A stretch of DNA of 64,000 nt, taken from Eledone cirrhosa. Its lineage: Eukaryota. Below are positions 12,331-25,423 of this stretch, piece by piece; position 1 is the first letter of the stretch, and each line of letters opens with the position of its first letter. The position numbers were made by a program, and so were the translations under genes. The notes beneath the pieces are model-generated. The model was not told the DNA's origin and did no database searches. It saw only the letters and a program-made list of their open reading frames with translations. The DNA is taken from contig OZ024747.1 in the NCBI GenBank assembly GCA_964016885.1, positions 14,942,001-15,006,000 on the forward strand. Reading direction: 5' to 3'.

Positions 12331-14171
12331 TACAAACATGCATGCATATATATATGCATGCATGTTTGTATGTATGTAAGTGCGTATGGAGAGAGAGAGA
12401 GAGAGTGAGAGAGAGAGAGGTAGAGAGAGTGACATATTATCAACTCCCTTCATTCTACCATCAATTTTCTCCCTTAATGTTTCAGCTTCAGAACAACCAT
12501 CTGTTCTTTGTCTATATTTATCCACCTCTTCATTTAAGTATTCATAATTAATGAATTCCTTACATTCAGTCATTGCTCTGTAAGTAGTCAAATCTCATAT
12601 GATAGATGTTGCGTGACACGAATATAGCCAGCAATATAGCATTCACAGATATTTCTCGCACTTGTAAATTTTGCCCAACTCTATACATTTTGCTTGAAAA
12701 TGCAATGATGTGTGCAGTAATGAGAAACTTTATCATGTGTTTTCTTCGTCATTTATATTGTCTCTATAACAATTGTATATAATATATATGACTTTATCAC
12801 GTTAATCCTAAATTTAAACAAGCTATATAATACTGGACATTAACACACTTAAGAAATGTTGATTAGCTAAAATTTCACTTTTTGTGAGGAGAAGGAAATA
12901 CCTATCTTAATTACAAAATCTGACAAAGAAAAGCAAAAGCGACAACCGGTCGCTGTTTCACCGATATCATGTCTTCTCACTCTTCTTCATTTATCAAAAC
13001 TACATTTGTTTATGAAACTCGTCTTTGAAATTGCTGGGCTCAAGCAACTTCCTTTTAGGCACCCCTTGCTCTCTCTTCCGTCCTATTCACGTCTGTTTTG
13101 GCGTGACTATCGCCACAAGACTAGTACTAGTGTACTTTTGTTGTCCGTCAGGACTGAGAAAACTCAATAGATGTAGATAATAACCATACTGTAGGTAAAG
13201 GGGGTCATCGTCAGATTCCCGGGGGACTGGCTTTGTCTGGTTCTGGAAAGATCAGGAGCTTCCATTGAGCGCACTGTCTTTTGGTCATAAGAGTAGATCC
13301 AACTATTGTGAGAGGTCACCAGACAATCATTTACTCTAGGACAGAAGTTAATGAGTTCAAATATCTCCCTGCTGTCACTAACGCGTCCTTGCTTCTGTTA
13401 GTCACTGAGGACCCAGGAAACAAACTTTAAACAAATCTTGCGTATGTTCAGTCTTCATAACTACATCTGTGTACATTTGCCACACCAACTACGCGTAGGC
13501 TGTCTAGCTTTCTCTAATATAGTATTTAATGTCGTAGAGAGAAGCATAGCTGGTGTAAAAGTGTTGTAGAGAAGAAAATAACTGATGTGAAGGTATGAAT
13601 AAAATTACACTAGTGTCACATTACTTCATGACTAGTAACTAGAATATGAAATACAAAATTACAATAATCATGAATTCAAAAAATAGTGAAAAGGAAAATA
13701 AACTAACATTTTAAAAGTGCTTTTCTATCATCCATACACATCAGGTTTAATCTTTGTTCAGTTTTGTATCTTTTTCATATCTTTAAAGGTGCTGTACTAA
13801 AATTGAACCCATGACTTTGATTTGAAATATATTACATCAATTTTGTAAGCAATCAATCAGAAATGGCAATGTTATTTGGTGACAAAAATAAACAAATACT
13901 TGATGTAGTTTAGTTTAACAAGAAAAATAAACTGACCTGGTCAACATACTGCACTTAACGACATTTCGAAGGTTGAATTATTTCTTCATGCGTGGAAGGC
14001 AATGAACTACACGTAAAAACATAATGGTTACATTCAGGTGTCATGTTAGTCGAGCAAATGCAGAAATGCGTGTTAGGTGAAAAGTTTAAAGCTTCAAGTT
14101 ACTGAAATAATTTAATTCTGTTTTGCAGGATATGCGTGTGTGTACTTATGCATGTAACCACATACACAGGA

Positions 14172-14215
<44 letters not shown>

Positions 14216-14297
14216 GTGCGTGTGTGTGTGTGTGTGTATTTATGTGGATGTATACAAACTTACACACTCAGACACAAATGTATATATATATATTATA

Positions 14298-14361
<64 letters not shown>

Positions 14362-14427
14362 TTGTGTCTGAGTGTGTAAGTTTGTATACATCCACATAAA
14401 TACACACACACACATACACACACACAC

Positions 14428-14480
<53 letters not shown>
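14172..14480. repeat. Palindrome centred on a (TA)n tract
   Basis: Unique arms 14237-14280 and 14359-14402 are exact reverse complements. The flanking (CA)n(TA)n(TG)n blocks are also mirrored. Confidence 0.95.
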
Positions 14481-14489
<9 letters not shown>

Positions 14490-15159
14490 ATATATAACAC
14501 GTGAATTCACTCCATTTGGTACCAACTGCTTTACAATCACACAAACAAGCTTCATTTCTTACGAGAATATTGATTCTATCAGAAATGTTGCATGCAAACC
14601 CTCTAGAATATGGTTCAAGTTAAGCTCGATTAGAATAAACAAATAAATAATTTAACTGATACTTTAAATTCTATCTGAAAATTTACTCATGCAATCTATT
14701 TTAAAGTATCTAGACATTCGTCTGTATTCCATTTGCCAGTTCACTGACTCTATAGCATATCAAGCTACAGACCGATATCATGTATATTGAAATGTTTGTA
14801 GATGTGGTGAGAAGGTCGCTGCAATGATATCTGCTTTGCGTATATATTTGGAACTACAATCATTTTCACGACCAGTCCCTGGCCAATAATTGTATTCTCG
14901 CTAAATACCTAATTATAATTATTCTGGCAAGAATAAATAAGTTATTATTTTAAGTATGAGATATTAAATTTATTTTTAATTTTGTATATCTTGAAAGCCG
15001 AATGAAATGTGTTGCGATATGTACTTTTGAAGTGGAGTTCAAAAGAAACTTAACCTAAGTTAAACTCAGTTATTGGATAAATATGGTACGTAAACATGTT
15101 AATATCACGCATTTTTGTTCGTTTTCTTTGCCCACTTATTCTTGGGGATTCGTTGGAGC

Positions 15160-15370
15160 AGAATCCTCAAATACGCCTTCCAGCAGTCAGAAGCAACCAT
15201 CTCTAATTGATCCAGCTAGATCCCCATTCGACAGGAGTGGAACTCAGGGATCTTATACAACCATCTGGCTCAGGGTCTACCACTGGGACTCCTGCAAGCT
15301 GGCTTTGCCCGTAAAATATGTCCAGCGCTTCTTTCTTGAGACATTCCAACCGCATGCGCGTAGTATCGGT
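15160..15370 (-). mobile_element. Degenerate RTE 3' fragment
   Basis: A minus frame reads KPACRSPSGRP*ARWLYKI...GI*LDQLEMVASDCWKAYL, resembling the RTE GRP..RW....A.DR..W motif. Confidence 0.5.
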
Positions 15371-15625
15371 GCTTGAAATATCTCAATTCGGAGAAGTAGG
15401 GGCTCTGACTGAAACGACTCTCTATCGATTAACGTTACACCGAAGCTCTCTTCGAAGGGATCTAATTTCGTCCGTTTGAATTCGGATTCGTATTGTTTCG
15501 GTCATTACCCAAGATTCATGACCATAGTTAAGTGTCCCCACCTCTCTCTATCTCCCTCTCTCTCTCACACTCACTCTTTCTCGTTATATATATGACAGGT
15601 GTACATACATATACATATCTATACA

Positions 15626-15696
<71 letters not shown>

Positions 15697-15825
15697 ATAT
15701 ATATAATCATATGATTCCAGTTCCTCAGAGAAATAACAACCCAACCAGGAGCTGGACATATCGGAGTATTGACGGAGTAAAACACTTTAACAACATGTGT
15801 ATCTGTCTCTAACACACCAATTCGG

Positions 15826-15882
15826 ACTGCCTGAAGAGGTCACAGCCAATGATGGCTGTCACCGGAAAATCTATATAGCAGT
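15826..15882 (+). ncRNA. Minimal type I hammerhead motif in (TA)n-flanked island 15707-15940
   Basis: ACTGC-CTGAAGA-GGTCACAGCCA-ATGA-TGGCTGTCACC-GGAAA-ATCTATA-TA-GCAGT, with AATAAA at 15891. One extra or mutated base at the GAAA. Confidence 0.7.
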
Positions 15883-15942
15883 ACATCTTTAATAAACGAA
15901 GCCAAATATTAAATATTTGACTTAATTACTTTATTTTATATA

Positions 15943-16075
<133 letters not shown>

Positions 16076-16259
16076 CGAAGGAATTGTGGTAAGGAACCAG
16101 ATGGACCATAACGCACCAGAGTACTCAATACTTAGGGTAGTAGGGTGGGTAATAGGAAAATGTTTAACCCCGACGGTAGAGCTCAAGCCGTCGAAACTAC
16201 TAGTCCATAAATAGCCGTCGAAACGGCTTGAGCTCTGCCGTCGGGGTCATACTTGTTCC

Positions 16260-16291
<32 letters not shown>

Positions 16292-16489
16292 TATTAGAAA
16301 ATGAGGGGGTTTTTTTCAAAATGAAAAATACGGGATGTCCTACACGAGTGAAAGTATAAAGAAAAAGATGAAATCGAAAATGCAATTGGAGTCTTTTTAA
16401 TAATATTTATTTGGTTCATTTACCTGTTTCGCAGTTCTTATGCTTTTCAAAAGTAGAATCGAGATGAAGGGTTTGTGGTTTTTCTCGCA

Positions 16490-16528
<39 letters not shown>

Positions 16529-16680
16529 ATGTTTAACCCCGACTGCAGAGCTCAAGCCGTCGAAACGGATTGAGCTCTACCGTCGGGGCTAAGCCTTTTC
16601 CTATTACCCACTCTACTACCCTAAGTATTGAGTACTCTGGTGCGTTATAGTTCATCTGGTTCCTTACCACACTTACTTCG
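16076..16680. repeat. Nested fold-back: arms 16076-16191 / 16565-16680, each ending in its own hairpin
   Basis: Arms are reverse complements. CCCCGACGGTAGAGCTCAAGCCGT occurs four times in alternating orientation. Segments are separated by (TA)n. Confidence 0.92.
16415..16456 (-). ncRNA. Minimal hammerhead motif, U3-A8 variant, weak stem I
   Basis: Minus strand: CTT-TTGAAAA-GCA-TAAGAAC-TGC-GAAA-CAGG-TA-AATGAA, then AATAAA. Island 16295-16492 is flanked by (TA)n. Confidence 0.5.
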
Positions 16681-17677
16681 ATATATATATAGAGAGAGAG
16701 AAAGAGAGAGAGGGGAGAGAGAGAGATAGAGAGAGAGAGAGAAAGAGAGAGAGAGAAAAAAAATAGGGTAAGTGAAATAGAGAGGCAGAGGGAGACATGT
16801 TCAAAGTCAGAGGTTTACCTTAATGGCAATCATGAGTTTAGAATTCACACATTTGTTGCTCTATGCTTGCCTTCAAGAAAAATAATGAAAGGTTTTTCGA
16901 TACTCAAAAGTAGGGGACATGTTTACGTATTAGTTTGACACGACAAAGTTTGTGCCAATGTACCCCATTCATGTTTGCAGGTGGGGATTCTTGTTCATGT
17001 CATTTATTAGCAAGTGTGAATGACAACAAGGACAACACCGACAACATTAGCGACGTAGCCAAGAGTACTAAAAATAAATTTTGTTAACAACACTCACAAC
17101 AGAAAAAAAATAAAATTTAGGACTGAAGGTAAAGAAACGAAACTGCTATTATAATCTTTGGTGATTCCGGACAATAACAATATGTGTAACATGAAAACTA
17201 ACAAAAGATAATAACACAGAACTAAAGAGTAAGAGAAATGGCAAAAAAAAAAAAGAGTAGTGACAAGAATTGAGATAAGACTGATGTTAAGAAACAACCG
17301 TAATCGTTACAAAAAAATGTCTTTAGAAAACTTCAAAAAACAATAATCAAATGTACAAAATATAAATTAGGGTTGCTGAGTGCTAGGGAGTATAGACTAA
17401 GTTTAAGTATAGAGAATCTGAACTTAGTATACCTGGTATGAGTTGATGAATGGGAGGGCAGGGCAATAAAGTATCCTTGTGCCAAACTAACTAAAGACAA
17501 AACCGTAAGTCGGTATACATGATGTCAGAAATCTAATCATCAAACACCTGGTATTTATAATCATATAAGCCAGTACAATCTGTACATGTAGGCCTTGTTG
17601 CTAATACCACCATGCCAACTATTTCTGCTTACTGAGAAGAGTATATGCATAATTATGTATACTTACATGTAAATGTG

Positions 17678-17880
17678 AAGGTGCGTGGCTAAGACGTTAT
17701 GGTGTTCAGCTCAAGATCGTACAATTATCAGTTCGATTCCCGGGGGCATGTATTATTTCACGTTGCTCCAGTGTACTCAGCAAGCAAAAATAAGTTGAAC
17801 CAGTAATTCCAAGACACTGGTCTTGTCATATATTGTGTCACGCTTAATTCTCCTCAAAACTACTTCAAGGGTGCACGATT
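17678..17880 (+). mobile_element. tRNA-derived SINE, family B (degenerate)
   Basis: GGTGCGTGGCTAAG...AGTTCGATTCCC head, then TTATTTCACGTTGCTCCAGT, shared with 32167-32508. Confidence 0.7.
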
Positions 17881-18464
17881 TTAATGAATACTCAGCTATT
17901 TGCACGTTCAGAGGCGGTGGTGTTAACGTTGTAACTATAACTCTTAAGAGTCTAGTCCGAATTACTTCCATGATATTCCCTGTTTTTATGCAAAGTGTTG
18001 CTGCTCGCGCAGGATGTGGAGTGGGGTTGTAGTATCCATGTTTCAAAAGTTTTATGGGTGTCAATAGAAATTTAAAATTCAAATATCTGGGCGAAAATCC
18101 CAAGTAGAATGGGTCTCCCTTTCTGAGGGCTAAGACTGATACCTTATGCTCAATTTGCAACAAGATACCGATTTCAATGGGTTAAAAAAACCAAAAAAAC
18201 TTACGGAGCGATCTGCAATACGTGTTAACAAAAGAATGAACAAAATAATAATACTAATAATAATAATGTTAGCCAATATATAGCGAACACCTGTCCTTTT
18301 GGAATTTTCCTGTCACTTTACTTTATACATTTGACACAAAGTGTTACAATGTCCAATATTATAGGACTTAATTACCTTTTGTCGTTTTTGTACCATACAA
18401 AACAACAGTCACGCGTCTATGTCACTCCCCCTCATACAAACGCACGCACATACTCACATACAAT

Positions 18465-18502
<38 letters not shown>

Positions 18503-18517
18503 GAGTGAGACCCATAC

Positions 18518-18560
<43 letters not shown>

Positions 18561-19786
18561 TTCTATTTCTATAAGCATAGGCAAAATAAAATAACAAATA
18601 CGTTCATACATTGTGCGTACATAGGTATGAACCAACTGGGTGTCCTATATGAACCACAACATTTTAACTCTGATTAAAGGACTACATATAAAGGTTTAAC
18701 AAATAGAGTTTAAGAATATGCGAGTGAGCTAACTGATTCTTTCTATCACTTCTTTCTTATAACCACACTATAAAATCTTATACAAATTTGTCATCTTTAT
18801 TGAATAATTCATCGATATAGACTGTCACTTATTTTATCGGTTCATTGTTTATTACCTGTAAAATTATTAATCGTTTTCTATCAACTCAAAATGATTTAGT
18901 GTATCTGAAATGTTGACAGCTAATTCTTTAGATCTGAATTCTAGCAATGGATTTAGCTTTCATTTATTCATCGATTTATTTATATATTCCAATTGTTATA
19001 TCTATTTTACTCTATTTTAGAGTGACTCGCCATTTTAGATACTCTTATATTTAAGGTACAAGGCGGCGAAATCGTTAGCACTTCGTTTAGACTGTTTTGC
19101 GGTATTTTCCATGGTTCATTGTGCACATAGCTTACATCCATTCGAGTTTAACATTGCCATTCATCAATTCTAGGTGAATATAAAGTGTACCATACTAGTA
19201 CTGAGGTTGCTTCGTCTTCTATATCTCTTTCTCACTTTCACTCTATCTCCCACAAGCTCCCCGACTCTGTTCTTCTGGAGAGGTAATGGGTTCGGCCAGG
19301 TTTAAAATACTCCAGGCATGATGTATGTCACAGCGATTCCATCAGAAATTTCATGTTTATACAGAAAAATTACTTAAGAAACACCTTAAAGACCGAGCCT
19401 ATTCTTTGGCAGACTGAAATTGTGGCTTCGTTTCGATTTTGATTAAGGAGGAATTTAGTTTATATAAAACGCTAATACAGATTGAAAACTATTAACGTCG
19501 AAATGAACAAACAACGGAATCTCCACATGGCCTTGCAACCTGCTAGAAACTGAAAACAACATCTAACAGAAAAATAAGATACAATAACACAGATTCAAAG
19601 AGGAACTGACGCATTATACAATGTTGTCATGGCCATAAATGGCACAAGATGTTAATGAATGAAACACGCATAATCATATGGCTTGAATAACTTAAGCAAT
19701 AGCTAAACAACAAAGTCTTCGAATGGTCAATTCAAATGTTACTCCTAAGTGCAGTACGTTATGAAATTATTTATATATATATGAGG

Positions 19787-19882
19787 AGTTCCCTTGAGAA
19801 GCTGGTTTGCCTCACAACAATATTGCACCTCTATAATGTAAAATTGTTGCAAACTGACCAGCGAAACTGTACACTCGGGACT
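19787..19882 (+). ncRNA. Minimal type I hammerhead motif, U3-A8 variant, long stem II
   Basis: GTTCCC-TTGAGAA-GCTGGT...ACCAGC-GAAA-CTGTACAC-TC-GGGAC. Starts a few bases after a TA run. Confidence 0.7.
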
Positions 19883-19948
19883 TTTCAGAAAAAATAGGTA
19901 TATATCTGTGTCTATTAGTTCTTCTTACTTCTTACTTCTTCTATTTGT

Positions 19949-19980
<32 letters not shown>

Positions 19981-20328
19981 ATATATTCAAAACAACAAAC
20001 AGCGGAGGACGCGTTTCGCACCTTTCCGACAGACAACCTTTCCCCCACCCCGGAAAAAAACTCCCAGTTGATGGATGTGAATCCGAAATATATAGGGACA
20101 ATTAAATCTCTCCCAAGGTAACTCTCTCTCGTGTTGTTATTTTTATTTTATCCTTTATACTCTTTCCTTCATTCCTCTACACGTCTTATAGACACCACGC
20201 ATCTCAACGTACACCCACTTACATCTCTCTCTCCACCACCGGATCTTGTTACCCGGAGATTTACCCATTTGCATTGTTGATGCTTCCAAACCACTTAAAG
20301 ATATTTACATATATATATATATATATAC

Positions 20329-20388
<60 letters not shown>

Positions 20389-20444
20389 TTTCTGAATTTG
20401 TTTAGCAAGATTCTTTATCTGAAATCGTGTGTTGAAACCGATAT

Positions 20445-20802
20445 TGTTATACTTTGGGAGGGTCATGTTGCCAATAAGAAACACACGCACCAGTTGCTTT
20501 CACTTCAATTTAATTTATTAAATATTTATAAGTTTACAAATTTATAAATTTATAAATTTCTGGTTGGTTGGTTGGTTCCACAACCAGATAGTTGTTTATA
20601 TATATATAGTCATAGTTCTTTCGTCACACACTCTGTGACCTCTTCAGTGACTGCGGATTTATTTCTTCGTTTCTGTGCCTTTCCTTTCTTCTATCCTACG
20701 CCATTTTGTTTCTGTGTGGGTTGCGTGCTCAGTTTGCGCATGCGCCACATCCGGGTGTCTGTGTGTGTGTTCATTATTGGCAACATGACCCTCCCAAAGT
20801 AT

Positions 20803-20806
<4 letters not shown>
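20445..20806 (-). mobile_element. Probable solo LTR (Gypsy-like) with 33-bp terminal inverted repeats
   Basis: TG...CA ends with ATAT on both sides. TIR TGTTATACTTTGGGAGGGTCATGTTGCCAATAA. Minus strand has GCGCATGCGC, AAAATGGCG, TATATAAA and AATAAA in promoter-to-polyA order. A MITE is the alternative. Confidence 0.65.
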
Positions 20807-20890
<84 letters not shown>

Positions 20891-20925
20891 GTATATATAT
20901 ATATATATATATATATATACGTATA

Positions 20926-21276
20926 TTATTTCTGAAGACGGCATATATATGTGTTGGTATGTATATTTAATTTTGATAGTTTGTATAATTTTGTATAATT
21001 TTGTACATAGATCTGTTGAATATGCATGCCAATTCTAACACATATATATCCTAGAAACGATCGTTAAATAATTAACTTTTTTTGTTTAATATAAGGAACT
21101 GTTTCATTGTTTTATTCATTATTTTTTTAATATTTTATCTTGACTCTGTATTCCGTTTATCTTTCACCGAAAGTGATTTTTCATTGCATCTCTTCTTTCC
21201 ATGATATCCGGATTACATTGAGTTCTTCATTCTTCATACGGATTGGACACTACCGTAAACTCTTGGTAGATTTATC

Positions 21277-21280
<4 letters not shown>
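20926..21280 (+). mobile_element. (TA)n-flanked Penelope-like remnant beginning with a hammerhead motif (20926-21071)
   Basis: TTATTT-CTGAAGA-[~115-nt stem II]-GAAA-CGATCG-TT-AAATAA. Same family as 40368-40766, in the opposite orientation. Confidence 0.75.
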
Positions 21281-21355
<75 letters not shown>

Positions 21356-23023
21356 GTATATATATATAGGTGGGGTTGTTTATCTCACTGCATGTGTGTG
21401 AGTATAATATTGTCTGTAAATATATGTAAGTATAGAAGTTGTTAATTCGCTTTTGGGAGACTTTGATTTTATTGCTCGTTTTATTCCTTCGACCGATAAT
21501 GTAAAAATGTTTGTGTGTTTATACATATATATGGGAGTGCATATATTTCGAAAGTGTTTCTAGATTATATAGTATCCATATCAGATATGAACGAAGTTTT
21601 GATAAACTCACCTTATTGTCTACATATAAAACATGTCAACTCACGTTACCACATAAATTCATGAACACAATATATGACCTATCAATATTTGATAAAGCCA
21701 TATCATTAGACAAATGAATTTCTATAACAGTTAAAGATTACAGGAAATGCAAATCTGCTTGAAAATATTTTATATCAATGATTGGTTTAATTTCGTATTT
21801 TTATGTGTTCTGCAAATACAAATTTTACGAGAATATCTGGTCGTTATTGTCTAATCTTTTATACGCAAACTTTTGTGATTTTTATGTATTTTGTTTTGTT
21901 TTGTTTGTGAATTGTTTTCTTAACATTTGCGACTCACTATTATTACTAATATTATCATTATTATCATCACCATTATTTTTGTTATTATTATTGTTATTAT
22001 TAGTAGTAGTATTAGTAGTAATAGTAGTATTGTTGTTGTTGTTGTTTTGCCCATAGTTATCCTTGAGGAACTTTGCATGTTTATATTGTCATACCAACAA
22101 TAAGTAATTCAACGGTATCAGATGTTTTCCCTTGCGGCAAAAATTTTAATGTTTTTCTTTTATTGTTACCTTTTTATTGTGTTTGTTTTACTCTTTTGCT
22201 CAAATACATTAGATGTCACGGAAGAGAATTTGAATACGCACGGGTCGCCATTAACATTTTTTCTATAACTCAATTGTTATCTTTAAAGAAAAAGTTCAAC
22301 AGTATCATTAAAGATACATTCTTCTATGTATGATAGACTTTCAGTTGCACTCAAAGAATTCAGCTTCCGATCTCGAGATTATGACGAATAACTGCAAGAA
22401 AAAATAATACACAGTAATATAGTGTCTTGAAACTAGAGAGGGTAAGAAATAATTATGTACTCGTAGTAACTATGAATTACTGGCAAAACTACTATTATGG
22501 GAATAACGAATTGTATGTGGTTACTGAGACTGCCAGAAATAACAGCCAAATATTATTCATATCGTACCCTTTACTGTCGTAAAATCGTTAAACAAATAAG
22601 TATATATACGGTAATCTAGTTCTAGAAATCGTATCACTGATAGAATACATTTTACTGTATGTCTGCTTGATACACTAGAGCTAGATAACCATTAACTCAG
22701 AAGTCCCCAAATTTATTGTTACTGGCTCCCCATGGGCCAATGCAACTACCCAAGGGGTCGATTGAACTTTTGAGGAAAAATGTGACATTTGTATGAGAAA
22801 TGAAAATACCATAAAATCATACAATAAAATACACCTTGCTTATACACGCTGCTGTATATATATATATAATTAGTCTTTATTGTCTATTCATTCTATATAG
22901 TATTTATTTATTTACTGATTTTGTTACAAGTATGATGCCGGTGCTCTAAATGTTTAAGTATCTCTACACGACATCAAAATCTAGAGAATGGTAGTTTGCA
23001 ATTCACATGGATATAATGATCTT

Positions 23024-23078
<55 letters not shown>

Positions 23079-23347
23079 ACATATATATATACGTGTGTGT
23101 GTGTTATAATATATATATTCTAACATTTGTAATATCGTCCTGGTTTATTAATATTTCATGACTTTTATATTTAATGTAGACACACATCGTACTGGAAGCT
23201 CTAACCTTTGAACTTACGAAGTGCTGACAACACATATTTATAAGATGTAGGCTGCTGAGGCGCACACACCAGATGAAATCACAGTCAGTTACTATAAAAC
23301 AGCTTGTAACAATCGGGTAAACACACTCATGCAGTCGGCAAAATATT

Positions 23348-23793
23348 GGTTTCTTATATAGGCACAAGGCCAGCAATTTTGGGAGAGGGGAAAGTCGATT
23401 AAATCGACCTCCAGTGCAGGACTGGTACTTTATTTTATCGACCTCGAAAGGATGAAAGGCGAAGTTAACCTTGGCAGGATTTGAGCTCAGATCATGAAGG
23501 GCCGCAACTCTATGCTGCAAAGCATGGCCTCCGCCTCTCTACTGATACTGCCAATCCACCGCCCTTAGAGAGTCGGTAAAATATTGGATTCTTATATAGG
23601 CACAATGCCAGCAATTTTGGGGAGGGGAATCTGGATTAAATCTCCGCCAGTGCGTGACTGGTACTTTATTTTATTCACCCCGTAAGGCGGAAGGCAATTT
23701 AAACCCGGCAGGATTTGAGCTGAGGTTATAAAGGGTGGCAACTCTATGCTGCAAAGAATGGCCTCCGCCCCTCTACTGATATTGCCAACCCTT
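23348..23793 (-). mobile_element. Two tandem SINE family A copies (23349-23566, 23587-23793)
   Basis: Both align to family A. AGTCGGNAAAATATTG occurs three times: 23333-23348, 23571-23586, 23798-23813. Confidence 0.9.
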
Positions 23794-24104
23794 AGAGAGT
23801 CGGTAAAATATTGAGAGAAGAACCGAATAGGCGGAGTGTTCTCACTATCAAGCCAATTTAGGGTGGAATATATCTTCGGAGGTGCCTTTGCTTTATGGCG
23901 AGTGCACTCTGTCGGTGTCCGGGAGACGCCGAGTTCAATTCTTCGTAGGGGTCGCTAACAACATTTTTCTGTCTTTTAGGGTCTTTATGCGATTTTTATA
24001 AGCTATTTTATAGCAACATATTGCCGTTGTAGCTGTGTTTCAGTATTCTGCATCTTCTTTTAAATTTAATGAAAACTTTTTTAAATGGTAGTTTAATATT
24101 ATTT

Positions 24105-24282
24105 TTAGTTTTTGCCACAAGCCCATCAATTATCCCAATACATTACTGGTAATTTATTTTATCGACCCGGTAAGAATGAAACGCAAAGTTAACCTCAGCA
24201 GGATTTGAATTCAGACCGTAAAAGGGCGTTACTCTATGCTACAAACCATGGTGTCCGGCCCTCTACCGATACTACCAATCCG
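24105..24282 (-). mobile_element. SINE family A
   Basis: Aligns by eye with 1890-2076. Confidence 0.85.
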
Positions 24283-24353
24283 CAAAATTAATTGTTCAGA
24301 TTTGTTATTATTTTAGAAATATTTGACACGTAATATATATATATATATATATA

Positions 24354-24404
<51 letters not shown>

Positions 24405-24744
24405 CATATATAACATTACATGCCTCTTTGGTCTCCAGATTATACTAATATTAAAGGGTCTAGTATTAAAAGTACCACAGCTAGATTGAATTTTGTGTGC
24501 CAAAATGACCTTAAAACAATATTTCGCAGAAAATATGAGGAAATAATTCCTTGTTCTAAACGGCTATTTGTAAATAAATTTACAAAAGACAGTAGAAGGT
24601 ATCAACACTGTTTACAACGTGCATAATGGAACAAATTCTGTAAAGCTCTAAATCTTAAGGGAATCAAGTGTCTTATAAGATTACATCAACGCTTTCATCC
24701 AAACAACAACCTTGATGGCACTACACTCGCCTGCTTCAACACAT

Positions 24745-24978
24745 TCAGTAAAAGGAGAGTAAGATTTGCTGGCCACTACTAATGTGGCTGTGTCCCCATT
24801 AGTGCATTGGAAACCACAAGCAGTCACTAATAACAGGGGGCGCAAGCTCTCCTATCCCGATGTCATCTCCAGAGATTCTGGTATTGAAATCCAGGACTTT
24901 GCAACGGCAATGAACGACAGACCCACGTGGAGATCAATTTTGTGTCCATTTCGGCTGAGGCGGCCGGATGATGATGAT
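24745..24978 (+). mobile_element. RTE LINE 3' fragment with (GAT)n tail
   Basis: LVHWKPQAVTNNRGRKLSYPDVISRDSG...AMNDRPTWRSI followed by GATGATGATGAT. Confidence 0.75.
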
Positions 24979-24993
24979 AAGATTACAAATAAT

Positions 24994-25183
24994 TGTTTCT
25001 ACTATTGGCACAAGGCCAGCAATTATCCAGTACATTACTGGTACTTTATTTTATCGACCCCGTAAGGATGAAAGGCAAAGTTAACCTTGGCGGGATTTGA
25101 ACTCAGAATGGCAAGGGCCGTAACTCTATGCGTCAAAGCATGGCATCCGATCCTTTACCGATACTGCCAATCCACCGCCCTAA
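24994..25183 (-). mobile_element. SINE family A, full length with TSD
   Basis: 18-bp TSD GATAAGATTACAAATAAT at 24976-24993 and 25184-25201. Confidence 0.93.
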
Positions 25184-25204
25184 GATAAGATTACAAATAA
25201 TAAT

Positions 25205-25423
25205 TTATAATTTCGTCACAAAGCCAGTACTTTTCGGCGCGACAGGGGACAGCTACAATACTAAACGACTCCAGTGCGTGAATGGTACTGTATTTATGAA
25301 CCCTGCAAGTATCAAAGGCGAAATTGATGTAGTGGAATTTGAAAGCCGAACGTAAAGATGCAGAATAAATTCCACAAGACATCATGTCCGATGGACAGAT
25401 GATTTTGCCAATACATCACCATT
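25205..25423 (-). mobile_element. Old, degenerate SINE family A copy
   Basis: Recognisable CACAAAGCCAG...GGTACT...AAAGGCGAAATTGA...GGAATTTGAA...TTTTGCCAATACATCACC. Confidence 0.6.

Noticed and set aside
13040-13430. Higher-GC island, possible exon or LINE piece
   Set aside because: No ORF of 60 aa or more and no motif I can recognise.
17900-18230. Possible piggyBac-like MITE (ends near TTAA/CACGT)
   Set aside because: The terminal inverted repeats match too poorly to support the call.
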